NCBI GenBank assembly: GCA_013816615.1
Contig: JACDED010000004.1
Location: 6,861-70,860 of the forward strand
Length of the DNA stretch: 64,000 bases
DNA from: Bacteroidota bacterium
Lineage (GTDB): Bacteria > Bacteroidota > Bacteroidia > B-17B0 > Aurantibacillaceae
Direction: 5' to 3'
Part shown: one piece after another, positions 48,952-57,042 of the stretch
Layout of the letters: every line of letters starts with the position of its first letter
Position numbering within the stretch: position 1 is the stretch's first letter
The notes under the pieces: model-generated
Database searches by the model: none
What the model saw: the letters and a program-made list of their open reading frames with translations, nothing else
What the model was told of the DNA's origin: nothing
Program-made: the position numbers and the translations under genes

Positions 48952-49680
48952 ATGCATAAATACAATATCGGCTGTTCAGGTTATTATTATCAAAACTGGA
49001 AAAACAAATTTTATCCGGTCAAACTTCAACCAAAGCAATGGTTAGAGTATTATAGCTCTGTTTTTAATACCGTTGAGTTAAATGGCACTTTTTACCGCAC
49101 GCCAAAATTGGAAGATCTTAAAAGATACGCGGCTGTAACAAAAGATGATTTTACGTTTTCTGCGAAGATGAGCAAATACATCAGCCATATCATTAAAATG
49201 AAAGATTCAAAAGAAAGCATAGACCAATTTCAGGAGCTAATATTTAACGGGTTGGAAAAAAAGTTAGATTGCTTTTTGTTTCAGTTGCCTCCTACATTCC
49301 ATTATACCGAAGAAAATTTAAACAGAATTATAGAAAATGTGCCGCATCAACCTCACAATGTAATAGAGTTAAGGCATATTTCGTGGTGGAACGAAGATGT
49401 GGAAACGGCCTTTAAAAAAGCAAATCTTACGTTTTGTAATGTAGATTATCCCGGGCTAAAAAGTCATATCATAAGTACATCCAATTTATTTTATTTTCGG
49501 TTTCATGGCAATCCTGAGCTTTTTAAATCTGCTTACACAGTGGAAGAACTGAGGCATTTTTCTAACAGCTTTCCCAATGAAAATAAAAACCAGTTTGTGT
49601 ATTTTAATAATACTTATTACGAAGCCGGTTACACTAATGCCATACAATTAATAGAAATAATTAAAGAAAAAAATGCCTGA
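48952..49680 (+). CDS. DUF72 (YecE-like) family protein
   Basis: IGCSGYYYQNWKNKFYP...VELNGTFYR...FQLPP...FRFHG pattern. Confidence 0.85.
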   Translation: MHKYNIGCSGYYYQNWKNKFYPVKLQPKQWLEYYSSVFNTVELNGTFYRTPKLEDLKRYAAVTKDDFTFSAKMSKYISHIIKMKDSKESIDQFQELIFNGLEKKLDCFLFQLPPTFHYTEENLNRIIENVPHQPHNVIELRHISWWNEDVETAFKKANLTFCNVDYPGLKSHIISTSNLFYFRFHGNPELFKSAYTVEELRHFSNSFPNENKNQFVYFNNTYYEAGYTNAIQLIEIIKEKNA

Positions 49681-50404
49681 AGGTCCAAGTATAGTTATAT
49701 TAAAAGAAGAATTAGCAGCTTTTAAGAACAAGCAGATAATTGAATTAAGTGGCAATGCTAAAATTGAAATTCAACGTCTTGCAAATTTAAAGATAAAAGA
49801 ATTTAAAAGCTGAGGTAAACATTTTTTAATTTGCTTTGATGATTTTTTTCTGCGCATACATCTTTTAATGTTTGGCACCTACAGGATCAATGAAAGAAAG
49901 GATGCCTTCCCAAGATTGAGTATGAAGTTTAAAAAAGGAGAAATTAATTTTTACACCTGTAGCATAAAATTAATAGAGGGAAATGTAAACGCTGCGTACG
50001 ATTGGGAAAGCGATGTGATGTCGGAAAGCTGGAATGCAAAAAAAGCGGAGAAAAAATTAAAAGCTTTAAAGAATACAAAAGTGTGTGATGCACTTTTAAA
50101 CCAGGAAATATTTTCAGGAGTAGGCAATATTATAAAGAACGAGGTTTTATTCAGAGTTAAGATTGATCCTGAATCGCTCGTTGGAGCTTTACCGCTAAAA
50201 AAATTGAAAGAGCTTGTAAAAGAAGCACACGACTATAGCTGGGATTTTTATGCCTGGAAAAAGAAATTTGAATTAAAAAAACACTGGCTTATCTATAAAA
50301 AAACAGAATGTCCGAGATGTCATTTCCCGTCTATCAAGACGTATTTGGGTAAGACAAACAGATTGACCAGTTTTTGCGCTAATTGCCAGAAGTTATATTC
50401 CTGA
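49673..50404 (+). pseudogene. Fpg/Nei-family DNA glycosylase (endonuclease VIII-like) interrupted by one in-frame TGA
   Basis: ATG 49673 gives MPEGPSIVILKEEL... (catalytic Pro2/Glu3). An in-frame TGA at 49811-49813 sits where family members have Trp (FKS*GKHFLICF). The same frame continues through the track ORF 49868-50404, ending in the zinc finger CPRC...CANC. Confidence 0.8.
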
Positions 50405-50454
50405 ACTATAAAATAAGGAATACATTTAATTACATTTGTTCTATAAACAGTCTT

Positions 50455-50904
50455 ATGAAATTACAGGTAGAAGAAGGAAGAACTATACAGTTCTATAAAA
50501 CAAAAATGATATTTAAAGTTAATCTTGAGCAAAGTGATAATGCTTATTCAACTATTTTAATGATACATCCTCCATTAGTAGGCCCTGCACTTCATATGCA
50601 TCCAAATGGAGTGGAAACTTTTTTTGTTATAGAAGGTGATTATGAGTTTAATTTAAATGGCCAATTAATTAACGCAAAAAAAGGGGATTTTGTTTATATC
50701 CCAAAAAATGTGCCACATAAATATAATTCCGGTAAAAATGGCGGAACAATTTTAGTGACAACGCCGGCAAGTGTAGAAAATTATTTTCTGCATATCGCCG
50801 AAAAATTATTACAAGGCAATGTCCCCTTAGAATATGAATTTGACTATGCCCAAAAAAACGGGCAAGTGTTTTTAGAGAATACCGGAAACTGGGGTCACAA
50901 ATAA
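50455..50904 (+). CDS. cupin-domain protein
   Basis: I take ATG 50455 (MKLQVEEGRT...). Cupin motifs HMHPNGVETFFVIEGDYEF and GDFVYIPKNVPHKY. Confidence 0.75.
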   Translation: MKLQVEEGRTIQFYKTKMIFKVNLEQSDNAYSTILMIHPPLVGPALHMHPNGVETFFVIEGDYEFNLNGQLINAKKGDFVYIPKNVPHKYNSGKNGGTILVTTPASVENYFLHIAEKLLQGNVPLEYEFDYAQKNGQVFLENTGNWGHK

Positions 50905-51023
50905 TATTATACTCCCCTCTCAAAACATCTCAACTTAAACACGTATGTACCAATATGTATACTTTATTCCCCATAAATAGCTGTTAAGCCATGGTATTCT
51001 GTTTGCAAATATAAGCAGACGAA

Positions 51024-51716
51024 ATGAACCAACTGAATTACATATTTATAACTATTCTGGCCTTTTTCTTTTTGCAAAGCAATGCGCAAACAACAAATGA
51101 TAGAAGCAACAGGAAAGAAGATAAAAATTCAAAAGTGTATTCTTCGCGCGAAGCAAAAAAGAGATTTGTATGGGGCGGTAAATTTGGCGTAAACCGTTCT
51201 AATGTTTATGACGAACAGGGAATGGATTTTGTGGCCAGCTCAAAAACAGGTTTTGCCGGCGGTTTATTTGCTGCTATACCACTTGGTAGCTTGCTTGGCA
51301 TTCAACCAGAAGTATTGATCTCGCAAAAAGGTTTTTCCGGCAGCGGAACAATTAATAATGAAGGTTATACGTTAACAAGAACAACTACGCATTTAGATAT
51401 TCCTTTACAATTACAATTAAAACCGCTCCGCTTTTTTTCAATAGTAGGTGGTATACAGTATTCATATTTACTAAGTCAAAGTGATGAATTATCTTCCGGT
51501 GCAAACAGCCTACAGCAAAGCCAGGAATTTAAAAATGATAATATTCGCAAGAACAGTTTAGGAGCCGTTACAGGTTTCGATATTAATATTAGGCACATCA
51601 TGCTTTCCGGCCGTGTAGGCTGCGATATGCAAGCCAACAGGGGCGACGGATCTTCTTACACACCACGCTATAAAAATGTATGGTTACAGGGAACCGTTGG
51701 TTATAGAATTTATTAA
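51024..51716 (+). CDS. outer-membrane beta-barrel (porin-family) protein
   Basis: Signal peptide, alternating hydrophobic beta-strand pattern and an aromatic C-terminus (VGYRIY). Confidence 0.7.
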   Translation: MNQLNYIFITILAFFFLQSNAQTTNDRSNRKEDKNSKVYSSREAKKRFVWGGKFGVNRSNVYDEQGMDFVASSKTGFAGGLFAAIPLGSLLGIQPEVLISQKGFSGSGTINNEGYTLTRTTTHLDIPLQLQLKPLRFFSIVGGIQYSYLLSQSDELSSGANSLQQSQEFKNDNIRKNSLGAVTGFDINIRHIMLSGRVGCDMQANRGDGSSYTPRYKNVWLQGTVGYRIY

Positions 51717-51738
51717 CAATTAAAAAAAAACAAAAAAA

Positions 51739-51894
51739 ATGGGAAATCTACTTTATACAATAGCAGTAATTTTAGTGATCGTTTGGGCAATAGGCTTTTT
51801 AGGCTTTCATGCCACGGGTATCATTCATATCCTTTTAGTAATTGCAGTAATTGCGGTTCTAATAAGAGTAATTCAAGGCAAAAGGCCAATTTAA
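51739..51894 (+). CDS. lmo0937-family small membrane protein (51 aa)
   Basis: Below the ORF-track size cutoff. Translation: MGNLLYTIAVILVIVWAIGFLGFHATGIIHILLVIAVIAVLIRVIQGKRPI, two TM helices with the conserved VIVWAIGF/HILLVIAVI pattern. Confidence 0.6.
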   Translation: MGNLLYTIAVILVIVWAIGFLGFHATGIIHILLVIAVIAVLIRVIQGKRPI

Positions 51895-51905
51895 ATTAAT
51901 TTAAA

Positions 51906-52427
51906 ATGGCAAGGGTATTAAACACACCTAGTCATTCAGGTAATAAGAATGCAGGCTTAAAAAGCATTTTGGCTTTTATAGTTTGCATTCTTATTCCTTT
52001 AACTGTGGGCGGAATTTCGGCTTACATCACTTCCCGTGAAATAAACGGGGGATGGTTTAATTCGCTCGAAAAACCTGCCTTTCAACCACCCGATAAGCTT
52101 TTTGCACCGGTGTGGACAACGCTTTATATTCTTATGGGTATCTCGCTTTATTTGGTTTGGAAAAGCCCGAAAAGCGACCTGAGAAAATCAGCATTATGGC
52201 TTTTTGGTATTCAGTTATTTTTAAATTTTTGGTGGAGCATTTTATTTTTTTCGTTCCACCTACTCTTCTTATCTATTATTGATATCAGCGTCATGTGGAT
52301 ACTTATTTTTTACATGATCCTCCTGTTCAGAAAAACAAAACCAAGCGCAGGTTATTTAAACATCCCCTATTTGCTTTGGATTAGTTTTGCAACCGTATTA
52401 AATATTTTTATTTGGATATTTAATTAA
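51906..52427 (+). CDS. tspO: TspO/MBR tryptophan-rich sensory protein
   Basis: Five-helix protein with the W-rich pattern (WFNSLEKPAFQPP, FAPVWTTLYILMG, FLNFWWSILFF, YLLWISFATVLN). Confidence 0.88.
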   Translation: MARVLNTPSHSGNKNAGLKSILAFIVCILIPLTVGGISAYITSREINGGWFNSLEKPAFQPPDKLFAPVWTTLYILMGISLYLVWKSPKSDLRKSALWLFGIQLFLNFWWSILFFSFHLLFLSIIDISVMWILIFYMILLFRKTKPSAGYLNIPYLLWISFATVLNIFIWIFN

Positions 52428-52436
52428 AAGATCAAT

Positions 52437-53264
52437 TCAGAACAAAGATGTTTGAACAATTGCCGCTTGTTTTATAACAGGCTCAATTATTTTGCTGCTA
52501 CCGGTAATATGATAGATCTCTGTTTCATAATCGCGTGTAGCAACAACAATTTTTGTATTCCCACAATGTTCCAGAAATAATTTTTGTACAAGCTGGGGAC
52601 TATTATTTTCTCTCGAAAGATGCGATAACAATAAATGACTTAAATTTTCAGATCTGTGTTTTGTAAAGATCTCTAATGCCTGAACATTGGATAAATGGCC
52701 GTGTCCACCACGAATCCTTTTTTTCAGATAGAATGGATAGCCACCTGTTTCTAAAAGTTCTTCATCATAATTGGCTTCTAAAAAAGCAGCATGGCAATTT
52801 TTAAAATTTTCAATAACATGATGGCAGGCATTTCCAATGTCGGTTAGCACACCAATATTAATACCGTTACCCGAAACAATAAAACTATAAGGATCGGCAG
52901 CGTCATGTAATTTTGGAAATGGTTTTACGGTAAGATCGCCAACAATAATATTTTCATATCCACGAAATGTTCGGATATATTGAACGCCAATATTAAGCTG
53001 GCTATTATTTAATGTAGCATTGGTAATATAAACCGGTAACTTAAATTTTTTTGATAATACTTCCACACCTTTAATGTGATCGCTATGTTCATGCGAAATA
53101 AAAATGGCTTTTACACTTTCAATGGCCAATCCCAGGCGCTTCATTCTTTTTTCAGTCTCGCGACACGAAATCCCGGCATCTATCAACACAGCCTCTTTAT
53201 CATTACCAACGTAATAACAATTGCCGTTGCTGCCTGAGTTAAGGGATGTGATAAAAAGCGACAT
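52437..53264 (-). CDS. MBL-fold metallo-hydrolase
   Basis: SGSNGNCYYV..., HEHSDH metal motif and a downstream H/D ligand pattern. Confidence 0.85.
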   Translation of the reverse strand: MSLFITSLNSGSNGNCYYVGNDKEAVLIDAGISCRETEKRMKRLGLAIESVKAIFISHEHSDHIKGVEVLSKKFKLPVYITNATLNNSQLNIGVQYIRTFRGYENIIVGDLTVKPFPKLHDAADPYSFIVSGNGINIGVLTDIGNACHHVIENFKNCHAAFLEANYDEELLETGGYPFYLKKRIRGGHGHLSNVQALEIFTKHRSENLSHLLLSHLSRENNSPQLVQKLFLEHCGNTKIVVATRDYETEIYHITGSSKIIEPVIKQAAIVQTSLF

Positions 53265-53359
53265 GTTACAAAGAAACTGAATTTAAAGGCTTGAAAATTG
53301 AAAATAATTTAAACTTATGAAAAAAATACCTCCAATAAATGTTGAAAGATATACGGCAA

Positions 53360-53530
53360 TTATTTTTTACTTAGTTCATTCAGGTTCCGCTCAATATACT
53401 TTTCGCTTGGCAGCAGTGCTGTTTGAATGCGTTTTGCGTATTTGATAGAATCCATTACTTCTTTTTGTTTATCTTCAACCAAAGCCTTTTGTCTTGCTAT
53501 AATTACATTTTGCTTTTGCGAACAATAAAA
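53360..53530 (-). pseudogene. possible remnant of a SpoIIE/PP2C-type phosphatase gene
   Basis: A frame bounded by TAG upstream reads ...QKALVEDKQKEVMDSIKYAKRIQTALLPSEKYIERNLNELSKK*. The xSIxYAKRIQxALLP motif marks the start of SpoIIE-type phosphatase domains. Only about 55 codons are present. Confidence 0.3.
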
Positions 53531-53587
53531 AAACTAAAAGGCGCAGCACGCATGCCCTGTATCTGTTTATTTAATAAGATCCAAAAA

Positions 53588-54019
53588 TTAAATTTTTCCG
53601 TTTATCCGTTCAAGCCCTTTAGCTATTCCGCTACGCAACAAATTACCATAACCATCATCTGGCAGCATGGCACAAAAATTATTGGCCTCTTCGTAATACA
53701 ATTTTGCTTTTGTAAGATCGTTCAGGTCTTCATGGCCTTTGGCAATATTTAGATACAGCGATGGAAAGGCGCTGGTAATATCTATACCCTGTACTTTTAA
53801 GGCATGGCTTAAAGCGGTATTATCCCATTGCAATTTTTCTGCAACTGCTTTTTTCCGGCGCGCTAAATAATGCGCTGCAATAAATTTTTCAAGATCATTA
53901 GTGCCTTCATCCCATGATTTTTGAAATAGAGCTTCCGCTTCTTCCAGTTTATTAAGACCTTCCATTTCCATGCCCTGGGCACAGAGTTTTACAATGTTAT
54001 TTTCGGGATCAAATTGCAT
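53588..54019 (-). CDS. small TPR-like helical protein, hypothetical
   Basis: 143-aa ORF with a helical-repeat character. It is co-oriented with, and downstream of, the AAA-M41 gene. Confidence 0.5.
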   Translation of the reverse strand: MQFDPENNIVKLCAQGMEMEGLNKLEEAEALFQKSWDEGTNDLEKFIAAHYLARRKKAVAEKLQWDNTALSHALKVQGIDITSAFPSLYLNIAKGHEDLNDLTKAKLYYEEANNFCAMLPDDGYGNLLRSGIAKGLERINGKI

Positions 54020-54082
54020 CTTCTAAAAGTATTATTTTTTTTCCAGACCTCCTTATTTCACGCTCAATTGTTATTATAACAG

Positions 54083-54114
54083 GTCCGGATCCCTTTCGAA
54101 AAAGGGACCCGGAC
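54083..54114 (-). terminator. strong hairpin 3 nt after the AAA-M41 stop codon (terminator-like, no clear U-tract)
   Basis: GTCCGGATCCCTTT-CGAA-AAAGGGACCCGGAC: a 14-bp stem with one mismatch. Confidence 0.45.
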
Positions 54115-54116
54115 TA

Positions 54117-56156
54117 TTATACCAATAAAGGTGTTTCTATTTCTGCTATCTGCTGTTGGATCATTTTATCGAATGAAAAATAATTCTCTTTTTTTACAAA
54201 AGCATTTTTATTTATCCATTCCTCCACACTGTATTTGCAAATAAATTCGCCTATCATCTCCTCTTCCATCCTGTTATTACCGGCAAGGTATTCTGCCATT
54301 TTTAAAAGCAATAATTTATTTCTTATTAAAAGCGCTTCCGCTTCTTTTTGGCAAACAGTAATTAAGTGCATGGCTTCTTTATTATAGTGTTCTTTCGTAA
54401 AGAAGTATTCATTGCTGTTGGCACACTCTACAGCAATATGAATTGGATCGCTACCCATGGCATAATACTTAATTGCTTTATTTGCCAGCTCCGTTGCATT
54501 TTCAATATCCGAATAAACACCTGATGATGTATTATCATCGCCAAAAATTAATTTCTCAGCCACAAAACCTCCTAAAGAAATAACAATATCTTTTCTTAAA
54601 ACATCTTTAGTAAAGATCCCTTCAGGAAAATTGACCATGCAAAAACCTTCGCAATTATCACCGGCTGTTTTTGAGATCACCAAAGATGGTAGGATCCTTA
54701 AAGTTAAAGCTGCTAAAATAGCATGGCCCGCTTCGTGCACGGCAGTATGCGCCTGGATATTTTTATTGGTTGTTTTTCTTAGCTCATTGATCTTTAAATT
54801 TATTTTTTCTTCGTAAATGTTAAGAATGTTATTGGCTTCGTCTTTAAAAACAAAAACATATTTCCCATCGCAATAACCCCATTCTACAGCAGTAACCGGC
54901 ATGTTCTTTTCAATACCTTCTACAGCTATTTTTCCGATCCACGATTCTACCAGGTTTTTAACCGTGGTTAAAACCGGGCGGGTACCTTGCGCTGGAAAAA
55001 CACCTTCTTTATAAATAATATCCTTTAAAGAAAATAAATATACCAGCTCAAAACCAAATTGCGTTTTTACAAATTCATTTACGCGTCTTAATTCGCGCGC
55101 TATCAATTGTTGAAAATGCATGTTGTTAAAAGAACGGTAAATAATATGGTTATTACCTAACCTTGCTACCTGCTCGTTTCTGAAACGTTTTTTTAAAGCG
55201 CCTTTAATATTTGCAATGGTGATCTTAGAAGTTGCTTCATAAAGATCATCCGCACTGATATCAGGATTTAAGCTATGGCTCATTTGGTAAGCCTCATCCA
55301 GGTTTCCTAAAACAAAGATCAGGGCTTTTGAAAGATCTAATTGTTTCACGCCTGAACGGGTTTTAACTCCTTCCACAATTAAATGAATAATTCCTTCAAG
55401 ATCTGCTTGCTTTATTTTATTCTCAATTATTTCACGCGATGTCTCGTCGTCGTCATATAAATAGTACAAACCCTGTTCAAAATCTTTCGATAAAAAATAA
55501 TTTTCATCTAAGGCTATGCCATTTCTGCTTTCGCTCTCAAAATAAAATCCGTTAAAAATTTGCAGGAACGCTTCTTTACCATCCGTAACGGCCCCATTCT
55601 TTATACACACATATTTATCTCTTGCTAAAATTAAATTCATTAAACAAGCTTCGGCACGTTTCATATAATATTTGTTACCATTTGGAATGTAATTTATTTT
55701 GCCACTATCCAAAAGATCCCAGATCGCACGCAGTTTGTCTTTACCCAATTCATTACCGTTATTATCCAAAGTACGCGCAAATTGAAACTCATCTAAGCAG
55801 ATCACACTCGGTCTTTCATGAAAATATTCCAGATCATCTGTAAAAGTAGATTTGATCCAGCTTGCAGAATCAGATTCAAATTCACCCATATCCATTTGTG
55901 TGAAATACTTTTTGTGATCCAGCAACTCTACCAGTTTTTGTACCAAAGCTGTTTTACCTGAACCGGTCATGCCCCAAAGATTAATAACGGTTGGACGTAA
56001 TTGTGCTTTCGGAAATAAATACCAGGCACTCACCAAATTCATTACTTCATCAATAACCGAATCTAATCCTATAAAGTAGCTTTTTAATTCTGTCGAAATT
56101 TCGTTCAGCTTTTCTTTTTTGCTGATAATTTCTTTATGCAAATTATTTGTTTCCAT
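54117..56156 (-). CDS. soluble fusion of a Clp-D2-like AAA+ ATPase and an FtsH-type (M41) zinc metalloprotease domain
   Basis: N-terminal half: RPTVINLWGMTGSGKTALVQKL (Walker A in the ClpB-D2 context), ICLDEFQFA (Walker B) and RFRNEQVARLGNNHIIYRSF (parallels FRPEFLNRIDEIIVF). C-terminal third: AVHEAGHAILA (HEXXH) and LGGFVAEKLIFGDDNTSSGVYSDIENATELANKAIKYYAMG (parallels the FtsH GGRAAEE...TGASNDIERAT...GMS). No TM helix is seen. Confidence 0.8.
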   Translation of the reverse strand: METNNLHKEIISKKEKLNEISTELKSYFIGLDSVIDEVMNLVSAWYLFPKAQLRPTVINLWGMTGSGKTALVQKLVELLDHKKYFTQMDMGEFESDSASWIKSTFTDDLEYFHERPSVICLDEFQFARTLDNNGNELGKDKLRAIWDLLDSGKINYIPNGNKYYMKRAEACLMNLILARDKYVCIKNGAVTDGKEAFLQIFNGFYFESESRNGIALDENYFLSKDFEQGLYYLYDDDETSREIIENKIKQADLEGIIHLIVEGVKTRSGVKQLDLSKALIFVLGNLDEAYQMSHSLNPDISADDLYEATSKITIANIKGALKKRFRNEQVARLGNNHIIYRSFNNMHFQQLIARELRRVNEFVKTQFGFELVYLFSLKDIIYKEGVFPAQGTRPVLTTVKNLVESWIGKIAVEGIEKNMPVTAVEWGYCDGKYVFVFKDEANNILNIYEEKINLKINELRKTTNKNIQAHTAVHEAGHAILAALTLRILPSLVISKTAGDNCEGFCMVNFPEGIFTKDVLRKDIVISLGGFVAEKLIFGDDNTSSGVYSDIENATELANKAIKYYAMGSDPIHIAVECANSNEYFFTKEHYNKEAMHLITVCQKEAEALLIRNKLLLLKMAEYLAGNNRMEEEMIGEFICKYSVEEWINKNAFVKKENYFSFDKMIQQQIAEIETPLLV

Positions 56157-56179
56157 TTCTTTTTTTTTTTATTTATAAT

Positions 56180-56266
56180 GTCATTGCGAGGTTATTCTGT
56201 TTTTGCAACCAGGGCTGAAGCAATCTCTTCCACCGACCAGGTTGCTGCGCTATCGCTCGCAATGAC
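56180..56266. repeat. REP-like hairpin element (GTCATTGCGAG ... CTCGCAATGAC)
   Basis: 11-bp terminal inverted repeats plus inner GCAACC/GGTTGC pairing. The TCATTGCGAG...GAAGCAATC word pattern is a REP type I recall as common in Bacteroidota intergenic regions. Confidence 0.6.
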
Positions 56267-56285
56267 GAATTGTTTTAGTTTTTAT

Positions 56286-56915
56286 TTATTCCATGATAAA
56301 TTTTTCGCCTTTATAGATCCTCTTTGGATTTCCACGGCTTAGATCATTATTATTTTTCCATTCGCTGTTAAGTCCTTGTTCGCCGATCTTTTTCTGTTGC
56401 CATTCGGCATGCTTTATCTTTAAACGCTTAACCGCTTCATTTTTATTTTGCAATTGCGATTTATAATTATCGCAGCTGGCAAACAGTCCACTGGCTTTAT
56501 GTATAGCTCTTACGGCGGTTTCTGTTTTGTTCACATGCTGACCTCCGGACCCTGACGAACGCATCGTTTGAAAGCTGATCTCGTTTTCATTCAACTGCTG
56601 TATGTTTGCATTATTTAATTCGTTAATGCCTATATACCAGTTTTTTCGTTTATGAAATTTCCGGTGCGGGCTTTGTGCGATCCATAATAAAACACCCTGC
56701 CATGAATTTAAAAAAACATTCAGGTTCTTACCTTCCAGTTTTAAAGTAGCCGACGATAAAGTACCATTGATATCACCGGCAAAACGCGAAACAACTTCGT
56801 AATGAAATTTATTTGCTTTTGCTTCCGCTATCATTGCCTTTAAAGCCAACGCTACCGCCAAACAACATTCTGATGGGCCTTTAGCTGATGTGAGCTGTAT
56901 TATTTTTGTGTCCAT
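56286..56915 (-). CDS. prfH: peptide chain release factor H
   Basis: 209 aa with GPSECCLAV near the N-terminus, RKNWY, the GGQ loop RSSGSGGQHVNKTETAVR and a C-terminal RGNPKRIYKGEKF. It is collinear with E. coli PrfH as I recall it. Confidence 0.85.
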   Translation of the reverse strand: MDTKIIQLTSAKGPSECCLAVALALKAMIAEAKANKFHYEVVSRFAGDINGTLSSATLKLEGKNLNVFLNSWQGVLLWIAQSPHRKFHKRKNWYIGINELNNANIQQLNENEISFQTMRSSGSGGQHVNKTETAVRAIHKASGLFASCDNYKSQLQNKNEAVKRLKIKHAEWQQKKIGEQGLNSEWKNNNDLSRGNPKRIYKGEKFIME

Positions 56916-56990
56916 TTTATTTTATTTAATTTTTTTATTAATGAAGCGATGCGCCTTTGCATCTGCTTATATTTTTTACTATTACCGTTT

Positions 56991-57023
56991 TCTGCCACCC
57001 TGAACCGATTCAGGGTGACAGAT
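56991..57023. repeat. short hairpin between rtcB and prfH
   Basis: TCTGCCACCCTGAA-CCGA-TTCAGGGTGACAGA. Confidence 0.5.
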
Positions 57024-57042
57024 TAGGTAGTATTACATTTTT

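Noticed and set aside
49811-49813. Reading the in-frame TGA as selenocysteine or as an alternative genetic code (TGA=Trp/Gly)
   Set aside because: Neighbouring genes clearly terminate at TGA (e.g. 49678-49680, 9667-9669). The expected residue is Trp rather than Cys/Sec, and I saw no selenoprotein machinery or SECIS-like context. Nonsense mutation or sequencing error is simpler.
53423-53752. 109-aa plus-strand ORF
   Set aside because: It overlaps the minus-strand TPR-like gene and the phosphatase-like remnant, with a low-complexity Phe/Ile/Cys-rich sequence.
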